Made by a program: the position numbers and the translations under genes. Shown here piece after piece: positions 54,167-63,342 of a stretch of DNA of 64,000 bases (its first letter is position 1; every line of letters begins with the position of its first letter). Source of the stretch: a virus. The DNA is taken from the IMG/VR virus record IMGVR_UViG_3300045974_000462, positions 2,974-66,973 of that record; one strand, written 5' to 3'. Below the pieces are notes generated by a model. The model worked only from the letters and a program-made list of their open reading frames with translations, was not told the origin of the DNA and ran no database searches.

Positions 54167-55587
54167 GCCTTCCCCCTGACCTGTTTTACCTCGCTGTAGG
54201 GCATCAGTGTGCCGTCCATCTTCTCCAGTTGCGGTTCCGTCCGGCTGTATCCCCAGAATCGTTCAAGGATGACCGTGGCGTACTTCGGGTCGTACTCCAT
54301 GATGCGGGAGCGGCGGAGGTTCTTCTCGGCGGCGATCATCGTGGTTCCGCTGCCTCCAAATAGGTCAAGGATCAACTCCCCCTCTTGGCTGGAGTTCTTC
54401 AGCATGATTTCTACCAGTGCGACGGGCTTCGTCGTGGGGTGGAGTTCGCTCTTGCTCGGCTTGTCGATCCGGATGATGCTCTCCGGTATCCGTGTCCGGA
54501 GTTCCTTGACCATGCCGAGCAGTTGGCGCTTGTCCATCAGTTCGATGTTCGGCTCGTCATCGATGATGGTGGTGTTCGTGAAATCTTGGTTGAAAAAGTG
54601 GGCGGCTCCTGGTTTCCATCCGTACAGGATTGGCTCGTGCTTCCAGTTGTAGTCCTGTCTGCTCATGGGTGCGCTGTTCTTTACCCAGATCAGGCATTGC
54701 TTTGGTAGAAATCCGACCGCCGAGAAAGTCTTGCGGAAAATGGTACCGAGGTCTCCCCCTTCCGCGTGGGCGACGTAGATGCATCCTCCGGCCTTGGTGG
54801 CCTGTATGGCCGACATGAATGCTGCAGTCAGGAATTCCTCAAAGGCTGCGTTGCTCATGTCGTCGTTCTGTATTTTCCCGGCGCTCCCCTCGTAGGCGAC
54901 GTTGTATGGCGGGTCGGTCCAGACCAAGTCCGCGAGTTGTCCCGCCATGAGATGCAGCACTTGCTCCTGCTTGGTGCTGTCTCCGACCATGAGTCGGTGG
55001 CCTCCGCATACCCAGACGTCTCCCATCTCGGCGACGGCGGTATCGACTTCTGGTACCTCATCCGGGTCCGTCTGCTGGCCGGGTGGTGTAATGCCGAGGA
55101 GGGCGTCGATCTCGTCAGTGGTGAAACCGGTTAGGTCGAGGTCGGTACTGCTCTCGTATAACTCTCGTAGGAGTTCCGTCAAGGAATCCAGCACGAATTC
55201 TCCGGATATCCTGTTCAGGGAAATGTTGAGCGCCTTCTCCTGCAGTTCCGTTAAATCGACGCGGACGCAGGGGACCGTCTCCATGCCGATGATCCGTGCG
55301 GCCTTGCATCGTTGGTGGCCTCCGACGAGGACGTTCTCCCTGCCCGGATGGCTGTTCAAAATAACCGGGTCCACGAATCCGAATTCTGTTATTCCCTTGA
55401 CCAGCTTGTTGAGTTGCTCTTGGCTGATATCTCTCGGGTTGTATGGCGCGGCGTTGATTTCGTCGAGGGGTATGTACTCGACCGTCAGGTCCAGCACGCG
55501 GTGTGCCTTGTCGGGTACCTTCAGCGGCTCGTCGTTCTTCGGTTTCTTGCCTCGGTACTTGTCCTTGATTTTGTCGGCTCTGCTCAT
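54163..55587 (-). CDS. ParB-N-fused DNA (N6-A/N4-C) methyltransferase
   Basis: YNPRDI..GFVDPV..GGHQR; DPPY; HPTTKP; LDLFGGSGTT. Confidence 0.93.
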   Translation of the reverse strand: MSRADKIKDKYRGKKPKNDEPLKVPDKAHRVLDLTVEYIPLDEINAAPYNPRDISQEQLNKLVKGITEFGFVDPVILNSHPGRENVLVGGHQRCKAARIIGMETVPCVRVDLTELQEKALNISLNRISGEFVLDSLTELLRELYESSTDLDLTGFTTDEIDALLGITPPGQQTDPDEVPEVDTAVAEMGDVWVCGGHRLMVGDSTKQEQVLHLMAGQLADLVWTDPPYNVAYEGSAGKIQNDDMSNAAFEEFLTAAFMSAIQATKAGGCIYVAHAEGGDLGTIFRKTFSAVGFLPKQCLIWVKNSAPMSRQDYNWKHEPILYGWKPGAAHFFNQDFTNTTIIDDEPNIELMDKRQLLGMVKELRTRIPESIIRIDKPSKSELHPTTKPVALVEIMLKNSSQEGELILDLFGGSGTTMIAAEKNLRRSRIMEYDPKYATVILERFWGYSRTEPQLEKMDGTLMPYSEVKQVRGKA

Positions 55588-55877
55588 CGCTGTTCCTTGT
55601 GCTTCATTTTCTCGCGCATCATTCTCGCGGTCTCGGGGTGCATTACGAGGACTCCGTTGGGTAGCTTGGCTACGTCGCGTCGGGGTACTCTGATAGTGTA
55701 GCTCTCGATGCGGGTCTTGCACCAAGGTTCAAACGGGAGGAGGACCGGGTGCAGCAGCGGGTATAGCCATCGCTCTTTAAATGTTCGCTTTACGGTTTTT
55801 TTGCCGGTGACCTCTTTGGTCATGTGGATGCTCTCAAGGATATGAAATCCGCACAGCTCGCTTAGGTAGGTGGTCAT
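55584..55877 (-). CDS. Hypothetical protein
   Basis: ATGA-coupled. Confidence 0.55.
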   Translation of the reverse strand: MTTYLSELCGFHILESIHMTKEVTGKKTVKRTFKERWLYPLLHPVLLPFEPWCKTRIESYTIRVPRRDVAKLPNGVLVMHPETARMMREKMKHKEQR

Positions 55878-56206
55878 GCGATCTCCCATGTCATAACTAC
55901 GGAAGCGTGCGACTTCCGGTTGGCTGGTCGGGTGTATCCGACGTGGCGAATGAGGCCGGATTTCAGGGCTCCGTTCATGGCGGCTCCCCAGCAGTTACTG
56001 TGGTGGGGCTCCTCAATCAATCCGCTCCGGCGTATCTCCTCGGTGGTGAAGGCACGCCGTGCTTGTCTGCCATACGTGACGATGGCGTCCCGTACCCGGT
56101 CTGACCACTTTCCGGGCGGCGTGCTGTCTTCCTTGTTGAGCGTTGCGGCCATGCCTGCGTCGCGGCCTCGCTCTGCTGCGGCGAAATCAAAGAGGGGCTG
56201 TGTCAT
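55874..56206 (-). CDS. Winged-HTH-like phage protein
   Basis: AERGRDAGM..FTTEEIR..PHHSNCWGAAM. Confidence 0.7.
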   Translation of the reverse strand: MTQPLFDFAAAERGRDAGMAATLNKEDSTPPGKWSDRVRDAIVTYGRQARRAFTTEEIRRSGLIEEPHHSNCWGAAMNGALKSGLIRHVGYTRPANRKSHASVVMTWEIA

Positions 56207-56217
56207 GTCATGTCCTT

Positions 56218-56457
56218 TTATGCGGTCGCATTGCGGTCGCATTCCGCGAGCAGTGCGGTCGCATTCCGCGAGCAGTGCGGTCGTAATGCGTCCGCATTGA
56301 CGGGGATGATGTGGAACTTTCCGAGGAGGTAGTTGGCTTGCATTTGCAGTCCGAGTCTGGTCTCTTCGGAGATGTCTTTCCATAGATGGTTTTGTCCCTC
56401 CTCGCAAAAATTGCTTGCCTCGTGGAGTTCCTTGGCGAGTTCTTCGTTTCCAATCAT
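56218..56457 (-). CDS. Hypothetical protein ending in the repeat
   Basis: GGAG RBS; MIGNEELAKELHE. Confidence 0.6.
   Translation of the reverse strand: MIGNEELAKELHEASNFCEEGQNHLWKDISEETRLGLQMQANYLLGKFHIIPVNADALRPHCSRNATALLAECDRNATA
56219..56296. repeat. Tandem TGCGGTCGCA iteron-like repeats (22-bp unit twice plus partial copies)
   Basis: atgcggtcgcattgcggtcgcattccgcgagcagtgcggtcgcattccgcgagcagtgcggtcgtaatgcgtccgcat. Confidence 0.85.
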
Positions 56458-57023
56458 GTTTGCTCTCCTCTCCGTTTATGGTATCTGGGGTTTTCGATAA
56501 CCTTGCCGAGCAGGATAATTACCGGGCGCTGCTCCTCGGTTTTGTCGGGGTGGTTTTTCCATGTCCGGTACTGCCTAAAGTGTGTTTCACAGACCATTAG
56601 TGGGTGTCCGTCTCCGGCATCAATAAGGCGGTGCTCGTAGGGGGTCCATTTGCATCCGGTGACGGCGCATCTCCCATCCTCTATCTCTGCTGGCCGGGGG
56701 TGGAAGTGGTCACAAAAATAAAAGGCTCCGCATTGCACGCAGGCTTTGGCTTCCTGCACCATTACGCCGTCGCTCCTGAAGTGGACGATGTGGTGGTCGA
56801 TCCTTACGTTGCCTCCGCAGTTCGGGCAGTTGCGGCAGGTGCGGCATTGTGGCGTGGATTGTCTCCTGCGGCAGGAAGGAGTGGGGTCTCCTACAAAATT
56901 GCGGCATCCGGTGAAATACCGACCATCAAAGGCCATTCGCCTCTGTCGGTCGGCAGCGTGGGCTGCGTCCGCCTCCCTTTCCTCAAACGAGCGGGGCATT
57001 GACCCATCCGTTAAAATCGGCAA
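56454..57023 (-). CDS. Cys-rich Zn-finger protein
   Basis: CRTCRNCPNCGG, CVQCG, CAVTGC..CETH. Confidence 0.7.
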   Translation of the reverse strand: MPILTDGSMPRSFEEREADAAHAADRQRRMAFDGRYFTGCRNFVGDPTPSCRRRQSTPQCRTCRNCPNCGGNVRIDHHIVHFRSDGVMVQEAKACVQCGAFYFCDHFHPRPAEIEDGRCAVTGCKWTPYEHRLIDAGDGHPLMVCETHFRQYRTWKNHPDKTEEQRPVIILLGKVIENPRYHKRRGEQT

Positions 57024-57567
57024 GCATGGCAGAGAATTGTTCTGGGCGGATATCCTTCGTGCTCTGTACCCGTAGGTACTCCTTGGTGGCGTGCTTGGTG
57101 CTTTCGGGGCATCCTTCTATTAGCGCTCCGGTCCGGGTGCGGATGAAGGTTTGAAACTTCGGATTGACGAAAAAGGAATGGTGCAGGGCTGCGATCTGCT
57201 TGGCGTCGATGGTTGTCGCTTTTGGTTCCCTCTGCTTGGCGTCTATGGGGCTTATCCGCAGGGAGCAGTTTTGTCCGATCAGTTCCGTGAGTCGGGGTCC
57301 GATGCTTGTCTGGTGGTCGTAGCAGGTCTCTATCAGGAGTAGAAATTTTCCCTTGCGTGGTGAGACATCGACGATGCATGCCGGATTAATGGTGGCGGTG
57401 ACGGTCCCGGTAATGGTGACGGCTACCTGTCGCTCAATGAGTGCCGTCAGCATTACCGGGATGTCGTGGCTGCAGGGTATGGCGAGGGTTAGTCGCCATG
57501 CCTTGGTTCCTCGCAGCCATCGTCGGTCTTCGACAGTGACGGGGATGCTCTCTGGTAGTCCTGTCAT
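56983..57567 (-). CDS. Hypothetical protein
   Basis: 194 aa, ATGA-coupled. Confidence 0.65.
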   Translation of the reverse strand: MTGLPESIPVTVEDRRWLRGTKAWRLTLAIPCSHDIPVMLTALIERQVAVTITGTVTATINPACIVDVSPRKGKFLLLIETCYDHQTSIGPRLTELIGQNCSLRISPIDAKQREPKATTIDAKQIAALHHSFFVNPKFQTFIRTRTGALIEGCPESTKHATKEYLRVQSTKDIRPEQFSAMLADFNGWVNAPLV

Positions 57568-57776
57568 TGCTGCTGGCAGTCTTCTGCTGTGCGCAGCAGA
57601 TCGTCAAGGGCTATCGGGCTCAGGACGTAGCCATCAATTGGGGATGCTTGGCCTTTCGATACAGGGTGGGGCTGGCTGTCTCCCGATAGGTAAACCGTCG
57701 CCTGTTTGGTTGCGCATCCGGTTCCTCCTGATAGCATCAATCCGAGCAGCAAGAGCATCAACGTTAATTTCCGCAT
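57564..57776 (-). CDS. o-spanin (Rz1-like lipoprotein)
   Basis: Signal peptide ending GTGC, overlaps the 3' end of the i-spanin. Confidence 0.7.
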   Translation of the reverse strand: MRKLTLMLLLLGLMLSGGTGCATKQATVYLSGDSQPHPVSKGQASPIDGYVLSPIALDDLLRTAEDCQQQ

Positions 57777-57900
57777 TGTCTTTTCTCCCCTGTTGTATCG
57801 ACTGTTGCCGTGCAGCCTCGGTCCGGGCGGGTTTGCTGTCCTGCCATGCCTTGAGCAGCAGCATGATAATGGTCAAGGCTGACGCTATGATCGCTTCCAT
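57634..57900 (-). CDS. i-spanin (Rz-like)
   Basis: N-terminal TM followed by coiled coil. Confidence 0.6.
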   Translation of the reverse strand: MEAIIASALTIIMLLLKAWQDSKPARTEAARQQSIQQGRKDNAEINVDALAARIDAIRRNRMRNQTGDGLPIGRQPAPPCIERPSIPN

Positions 57901-57901
57901 A

Positions 57902-58588
57902 TCAACTCGTCACTTTCTCACTGGTGTAGTTTGGAATTGTCGGCTTGGTGGGGGTCATGCTGTAGGCTATGCCGTGCAGGAGCCCGCTTATGGCGTCGCT
58001 GGCCATTGCCTGCACGGTGTCTTTCAGGTTTTCGTTTGGCTGTGGCGGACCGACGTCGGTTCCGGGCACTTGCAGCGAATTGGCGGCTGTCTCTGCATAA
58101 ATTGCAGACGTAACGCCGAGCATGCCTGTCGCTCCGATGCCGGGAATCTTCGCGAGGGTGGCATCTACTAGGTTATGTGCTTGTGGGACCGTGATGCCGG
58201 GTATCTTGTCAGTGATGGTGTTTATGGCGTTCATCAACTTGTCAGAGCTCGACCATTTTGTCAGTCCTAGTTTTGCTGCTGCTGCGGCTCGCTCCTCTAC
58301 TGCCATTACGGCAGCGGTGGCGATCTGGTCTATGTGACCTTTAGTGTCGTCACTGATCGCTATTCCGGTCTTGGCTCGTAGAAACTGGACGCCGTATGCG
58401 CAGAGTGCTGAAACCAGAATACCGACCGTGGCTTCGATGAATGGCTGCACAAATTTGTCGAATGCTCCGGGTGCTGTCGCGGCGATGGTGTCGGCTGCGT
58501 GGGCGTAGGTGAAGGCGAGGAGGCTGGCGATAATGATCAGGATGCTGGTTGCAAGTATAGCGCTGGCCTGTTTGATGCATGTCTTCAT
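57902..58588 (-). CDS. Holin (LL-H-like)
   Basis: TM segments; IATAAVMAVEE..DKLMNAI..LVDATL. Confidence 0.65.
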   Translation of the reverse strand: MKTCIKQASAILATSILIIIASLLAFTYAHAADTIAATAPGAFDKFVQPFIEATVGILVSALCAYGVQFLRAKTGIAISDDTKGHIDQIATAAVMAVEERAAAAAKLGLTKWSSSDKLMNAINTITDKIPGITVPQAHNLVDATLAKIPGIGATGMLGVTSAIYAETAANSLQVPGTDVGPPQPNENLKDTVQAMASDAISGLLHGIAYSMTPTKPTIPNYTSEKVTS

Positions 58589-58636
58589 GTTCGTCTCCTG
58601 GTACGTGGGATGTGTGTTACATGTGGAGGTGCTTCT

Positions 58637-58900
58637 GTGTCTGATCGCGATCCGTTATATCGTGACTACGTTCGTGGTCTCTCATGTTGCAAATGTCATG
58701 CCTATTTTCCATCGGTACCGCATCATCAACCGGCTGTGGGTCAGGGCGCTGTTGGCCTGAAGTGTTCCGACTACCGGTGCGTTCCTCTCTGCGCTGTTTG
58801 TCATGATAGTGTTCATCGTGTGGGTCGGGACTCTTTCTGGGGTTCGGTTGACCCCGATGCCATAATAATTCGGCTGGTCGCTGCTTTTTTCTTCGATTAG
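58637..58900 (+). CDS. DUF968/HNH-like Zn nuclease
   Basis: [31 protein letters not shown]. Confidence 0.8.
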   Translation: MSDRDPLYRDYVRGLSCCKCHAYFPSVPHHQPAVGQGAVGLKCSDYRCVPLCAVCHDSVHRVGRDSFWGSVDPDAIIIRLVAAFFFD

Positions 58901-58964
58901 GGTGGTGCGACCATTCTTCGGAATCTTGTACCGGGTGGAGTCAAATTTATTGTTGGAGGTTTGT
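58901..58964 (+). promoter_or_regulatory. Promoter cassette copy 11
   Basis: GGTGGTGCGACCATTCTTCGGAATCTT, RBS. Confidence 0.75.
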
Positions 58965-59438
58965 ATGGCGTGTTTGAATAAAGTTATGTTGATTGGCCGG
59001 TTGGGGAAAGATCCCGAGGTGCGGTATACCGCTTCGGGTGTTGCGGTGGCGTCCTTCTCGATTGCGACGTCGGAGAAATTCAAAAAAGATGGCGAGTGGG
59101 TTGAAAAGTCCGAATGGCACAACATTGTGCTCTGGGACAAAAAGGCGGAACTGGCGAAAGAATACCTCTCGAAAGGTAAACTCGTCTATATCGAGGGTCG
59201 GCTGCAAACCCGGAAATGGGAGGACCGGGATGGGAAGGACCGCTGGTCTACTGAAATCGTTGGTGACCAGATGCAGTTCCTGTCTCCGAAAGGTGACGGC
59301 GAGGGTGGTGGTTCCGGTCGTGCCTCGGGTCACAACCATGATTCCGGTGCCGATAATTACGACTCGGGTCAATTCAATCCAGACGACGATATCCCGTTTT
59401 TCCAGGCGCGGCGCTTCTTCGATTCTTCCCTCGGTTAG
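58965..59438 (+). CDS. ssb: Single-stranded DNA-binding protein with C-terminal extension
   Basis: [42 protein letters not shown]. Confidence 0.95.
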   Translation: MACLNKVMLIGRLGKDPEVRYTASGVAVASFSIATSEKFKKDGEWVEKSEWHNIVLWDKKAELAKEYLSKGKLVYIEGRLQTRKWEDRDGKDRWSTEIVGDQMQFLSPKGDGEGGGSGRASGHNHDSGADNYDSGQFNPDDDIPFFQARRFFDSSLG

Positions 59439-59510
59439 TCCTTATGCCCGGATGGCGTATGTTGTCCGGGCGCTTCTCTCTCCTGGTAAAAAGAAAGGTC
59501 AGGTGTTGTT

Positions 59511-59705
59511 ATGTCTTCTTCTGTTAAACGTTCCCCCCCTGTGAAACTCTCCCCTCTCAATCGTCGCCTGTCGACTCGGGTTACCGATTCGGATTGGATG
59601 GCGGTATTTCATGCTTCCCGTCGTCGTGGCTGCACCGAGGAGCAGATGGTGCGTTTCATCATTCGGCGCTATGTTGATGCCAATCCTCGGGAGGTGTCTC
59701 CATGA
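59511..59705 (+). CDS. Ribbon-helix-helix-like small protein
   Basis: RLSTRVTDSDW..EEQMVRFIIRRYV. Confidence 0.55.
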   Translation: MSSSVKRSPPVKLSPLNRRLSTRVTDSDWMAVFHASRRRGCTEEQMVRFIIRRYVDANPREVSP

Positions 59706-60604
59706 ATACCGATATTCGTATTTCCGTGTCGTTCAAAGGTCACCGTAAAAGAAAACGGCTTAGAGCTCTCCTTGGTCCCGACTCCACCGACTATCTTCTG
59801 GATCTCTGGTTGACCGTGGCGATGGATCGTCCCGAGGGTGTTCTCTCTGGCCTTGACAATCTCGATGTCTCTATCATGAGTGGCTGGCCGGGTGATCCCG
59901 ATGTCTTCGTTTCGGCGCTGCTGCAGACCGGTTTCCTTGACCGCTCCGAGGATGGGGTTCTCTCCCTGCACCAGTGGGACCAGCACAATGGGTACGCATC
60001 CCATGCTGGCAAACGATCTGAATCGGCGCGGCTTGCTGCTTCTGTCAAATGGGACAGAATTCGTGCCGCTCGTGAGCGTCGCTCTGCTGGTGAATCGTGC
60101 GACTCCGATGCGGTCGCATTGCCTTCGGACTCCGGGGGTTATGCCCCTTCTCCTTCTCCTTCTCCTTCTCCTTTACCATCTCCTACTCCTACTCCTACTA
60201 AAAAGAAAAACACGACCCGACCGGCTTCGGGTGTATTGCATCCGGGATTCGATGATTTCTGGGCTGTGTATCCTCGGCGCGATGTTTCTAAATCCTTAGC
60301 GGTGACGGCGTGGAATAAAGCAATGCCTCCGCTCGATGCGGTTCTTGCGGCGTTAGCGTGGCAGACTGTCGGCGATCAATGGACTAGCGAGGATGGTCGC
60401 TTTGTTCCTATGGCTACTACGTATCTCAACCAGAGGAGGTGGGAAGGTGAAAGACCTAAAAATGGAAACGGTGGACCCGGTGGTTCTGGCGGCGCAGGAT
60501 CGGCTCGTGGCGGCTCGGCGCGACGTCCGGCCACCGACGTCACCATCTTTACTGACGCTGCCGCAATTCGCGGTGACTTCCCCGAGCGTCCCGATGCCTA
60601 CTGA
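59702..60604 (+). CDS. Replication initiator (lambda O/DnaD-like)
   Basis: YLLDLWL N-domain; PSPSPSP linker; FDDFWAVYP..VPMATTYLNQRRWE. Confidence 0.85.
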   Translation: MNTDIRISVSFKGHRKRKRLRALLGPDSTDYLLDLWLTVAMDRPEGVLSGLDNLDVSIMSGWPGDPDVFVSALLQTGFLDRSEDGVLSLHQWDQHNGYASHAGKRSESARLAASVKWDRIRAARERRSAGESCDSDAVALPSDSGGYAPSPSPSPSPLPSPTPTPTKKKNTTRPASGVLHPGFDDFWAVYPRRDVSKSLAVTAWNKAMPPLDAVLAALAWQTVGDQWTSEDGRFVPMATTYLNQRRWEGERPKNGNGGPGGSGGAGSARGGSARRPATDVTIFTDAAAIRGDFPERPDAY

Positions 60605-61316
60605 TCCAGTTTCTGACTGCTGGTGCCATGTGCATCCTGCCGAGGGCATTCCCTGCCGGGTCTGTGCTGACCAATCGGCCTATAAGGAGCGGGTCAACCA
60701 GCAGAGGTTGGCAGCGGCTCGTGCTGTTGCAGCGGCTCGTGTGGCCTCGATCGGTATCGGTCTGCGCTATGTAAATTCGTCTTTCGACAATTATGTCACC
60801 AATGGTCGGGCTGATTCGGTCCGGGCTCTTGACTTGTGTCGGCGCTTCGCAGCGACCTTCTCCGACCGGCTGGCGGCAGGGGATTCCCTGTTGCTTCTCG
60901 GCAATCCTGGGACCGGCAAAAATCACCTTGCAGCGGCTGTTTGCCATGAGGTTGCCGGGGCAGGCTTCTCGGTCTGCCATACTCGGGCTCTTAAAATGGT
61001 TAGGCGCATTCGGCAGTCGTGGGGTAAAGGTTCGGGTGGCGAGGATGAACAGGCGGCTATCGATCTGTTTGTGGCTCCGGACCTGCTGGTGCTCGATGAG
61101 GTTGGGGTGGACTATGGCAGCAATGCCGAGCGGGTATTGTTTTTCGAGGTGCTAAACGATCGGTACGAGAATCTAAAACCGACCATCTTAGTTTCTAACC
61201 TCTCAATCTCTGAAATGTCCGTATCGCTCGGTCCGAGAATTATTGAGCGATTCCGCGAGGGAAAGTCGCGGGTTATCGCTTTCACTTGGGAATCGTTCCG
61301 GGGGTCCGGAGCGTGA
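60594..61316 (+). CDS. DnaC/IstB-like helicase loader
   Basis: GNPGTGKNHLA, LLVLDEVG, ERYEN..PTILVSNL. Confidence 0.92.
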   Translation: MPTDPVSDCWCHVHPAEGIPCRVCADQSAYKERVNQQRLAAARAVAAARVASIGIGLRYVNSSFDNYVTNGRADSVRALDLCRRFAATFSDRLAAGDSLLLLGNPGTGKNHLAAAVCHEVAGAGFSVCHTRALKMVRRIRQSWGKGSGGEDEQAAIDLFVAPDLLVLDEVGVDYGSNAERVLFFEVLNDRYENLKPTILVSNLSISEMSVSLGPRIIERFREGKSRVIAFTWESFRGSGA

Positions 61317-61804
61317 GTTGTCCAGTGGGTCGCGCTCGTGATGATGCTCATGCTACCTGCATCTCCTGTCTCCGGCAGGGGCTGGTGGTGTGCGTCAAAC
61401 CGACCAAGGCGAAAACCGGCGAGGGTGTGCGGGTCTGGCACTCTGGCCGGGTGCTGTCAACAACGGCGTATCTGGAGTCTTCTAACTGCTGGCATGGTCG
61501 GCCTCGGGGCGTCTACCTGGGGGAGCGTAAAAAGTGGGACCATGTCTTCCGAGGGACGCTGTTCCTCTGGGGAGCGCAGGGCGCAGGGCGGAGAGTGGTC
61601 GAGGTGCGGCGTTACGTGGCGGCATCTCGGTTTCTGGTCAAAGATCGAGACAATCTCGTCGGGGGCATCAAACCTCTGAAGGATTGCCTCGTGCGTGCCG
61701 GGGTGCTGCGGGACGACCGGGACGTCGACGTGGTGTTTTCGGTGGTGCAGTCGGTGGACCCGGTGGCTCGGGTTGAGGTGGAGGTCTATAATGAGGAGGT
61801 ATGA
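61313..61804 (+). CDS. RusA-like Holliday junction resolvase
   Basis: DRDNLVGGIKPLKDCLVRAGVLRDD. Confidence 0.75.
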   Translation: MSCPVGRARDDAHATCISCLRQGLVVCVKPTKAKTGEGVRVWHSGRVLSTTAYLESSNCWHGRPRGVYLGERKKWDHVFRGTLFLWGAQGAGRRVVEVRRYVAASRFLVKDRDNLVGGIKPLKDCLVRAGVLRDDRDVDVVFSVVQSVDPVARVEVEVYNEEV

Positions 61805-62082
61805 TGGCGGTTATCGTGTGTCTATGGTGTGGCAAGAGGCGAGTAGTATCGGAGTGCCGGACGCATTTGATGTACTGTTGCGTGGCCTGCTTCAGGGCGT
61901 CGCAACAACCGGACCCGGTGGCGGTTGCGTCCCTGGGTCGGCGCGGTCTGACGCAGCGGGAGGCTGCGGAGGTGATCGGTATCAGCTATCCGCAGTTTCG
62001 GCGATGGGTCAAGTCGTTAGGGCTCCGGGATATGTTTCCCGCCAATGGGGCGGCGGCTTCGTTCGCAGTTAGTCTGCGGTAA
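61801..62082 (+). CDS. Zn/HTH protein
   Basis: CLWCG..YCCVAC; LTQREAAEVIGIS. Confidence 0.7.
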   Translation: MMAVIVCLWCGKRRVVSECRTHLMYCCVACFRASQQPDPVAVASLGRRGLTQREAAEVIGISYPQFRRWVKSLGLRDMFPANGAAASFAVSLR

Positions 62083-62117
62083 TTTTTTTCGTTTTTCTTC
62101 AAAAAAAGACGCAGCAG

Positions 62118-62195
62118 GGTGGTGCGACCATTCTGCGGGATCTTGTAACTCGTGGTGGACCCGTCTCGGCGGTTATCTTTTATGTGGAGGTAGGT
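62118..62195 (+). promoter_or_regulatory. Promoter cassette copy 12
   Basis: GGGTGGTGCGACCATTCTGCGGGATCTTGTAACT after a T-tract. Confidence 0.8.
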
Positions 62196-62561
62196 ATGAA
62201 CAAAACGGCTTCTGAGTGTGTGGCCGAGGAGGACCGGACGTCTCTCCTCAATCTTGGGCGTGGCTCGGCCATTGAGCGGTTCGATGATGAGTTGGCGCGG
62301 GTGGTCGACAATATCCTCGACGTCAATACCACGGACGCGGCGCGGACCATTACCCTGACGGTCACGTTCAAACCGGCGAAGGATCGTGGTCGGTGCGACG
62401 TGGGCGTCAAAATCGCCAGCAAGCTGGCACCGGCAGAGCCTTTTGAAACGGTGATTTTCGTCGGTCGCGATGGTCGCGGTCCGATTGCCGTCGAGCACAA
62501 TCCGGATCAGATGAAGATGTCGTTTATGTCTACTGCTCCGCAACTTCGGGAGGTCGTGTAA
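62196..62561 (+). CDS. Conserved phage protein (so-called replication-terminator-like family)
   Basis: AIERFDDELARVVDNILDVNT..RTITLTVTFKP. Confidence 0.75.
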   Translation: MNKTASECVAEEDRTSLLNLGRGSAIERFDDELARVVDNILDVNTTDAARTITLTVTFKPAKDRGRCDVGVKIASKLAPAEPFETVIFVGRDGRGPIAVEHNPDQMKMSFMSTAPQLREVV

Positions 62562-63274
62562 TGCTGAGATCATTTGTTGAGAAAATTCTGGAACTGCGAC
62601 AACCGGTGACCTTGGAGGTTGCCGGTCGTCCCTACTCCACCGTTGGCCTTATGTCGGTGATTCCTCCCTCTCCTGACTGCCTCAAGGTTAACACCTTGAC
62701 CGGTCTGGTGGACTACCTGCGGGAAAACCGCGACGGGCTCCTTGTGGAGCAGTTGATTGTCCATGTCGTTGATCCGGTCACGGTCGTGGTTCGCTCTCCT
62801 ATCATGCCACCGTTCCAGCAGCGGCGGGCGTATCTATCGGCGCACTATGCTCCTCCGGCGTTCCCCTTCGGCCAGTTCATGCCGATGGAGGAGTTCGTGA
62901 TCAATGTGCTCGCCAAGTTCGCGGGGTCCAATAGTCAGACGGAGCTCTTGAAGGTGCTTGGCAATATCACCGGCGAGGCTTCCAAAAACTTAGCCGATGA
63001 CGGGGTGACGCAGATCATAACTGCTCGGACCGGGGTGGCTCGGGTGGGCGAGGTCGCTATCAAGAATCCGGTCATGTTGTCTCCGTTCCGGACCTTCTCC
63101 GAGGTTGACCAACCGTTGTCGCCGTTTATCTACCGGCTCAAGGATTCCGGTGGCGGTAACTTCACCGGTGCGCTGTTTGAGGCCGATGGTGGTCAGTGGC
63201 GGCTCGCTGCCATTGACAATGTCGCGACGTATCTGCGGGATTCTCTGCCGGACGACGTGGCGGTCCTGTCGTAA
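62561..63274 (+). CDS. DUF2303-like conserved phage protein
   Basis: VNTLTGLVDYL..NPVMLSPFRTFSEVDQP..ALFEADGGQW. Confidence 0.75.
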   Translation: MLRSFVEKILELRQPVTLEVAGRPYSTVGLMSVIPPSPDCLKVNTLTGLVDYLRENRDGLLVEQLIVHVVDPVTVVVRSPIMPPFQQRRAYLSAHYAPPAFPFGQFMPMEEFVINVLAKFAGSNSQTELLKVLGNITGEASKNLADDGVTQIITARTGVARVGEVAIKNPVMLSPFRTFSEVDQPLSPFIYRLKDSGGGNFTGALFEADGGQWRLAAIDNVATYLRDSLPDDVAVLS

Positions 63275-63342
63275 CTGTTGGCGCTGTTATCTTTAACCGG
63301 GCGGGGGCGATGGCTCCCGCCTTTTCTCACGGAGGTGGGGTT

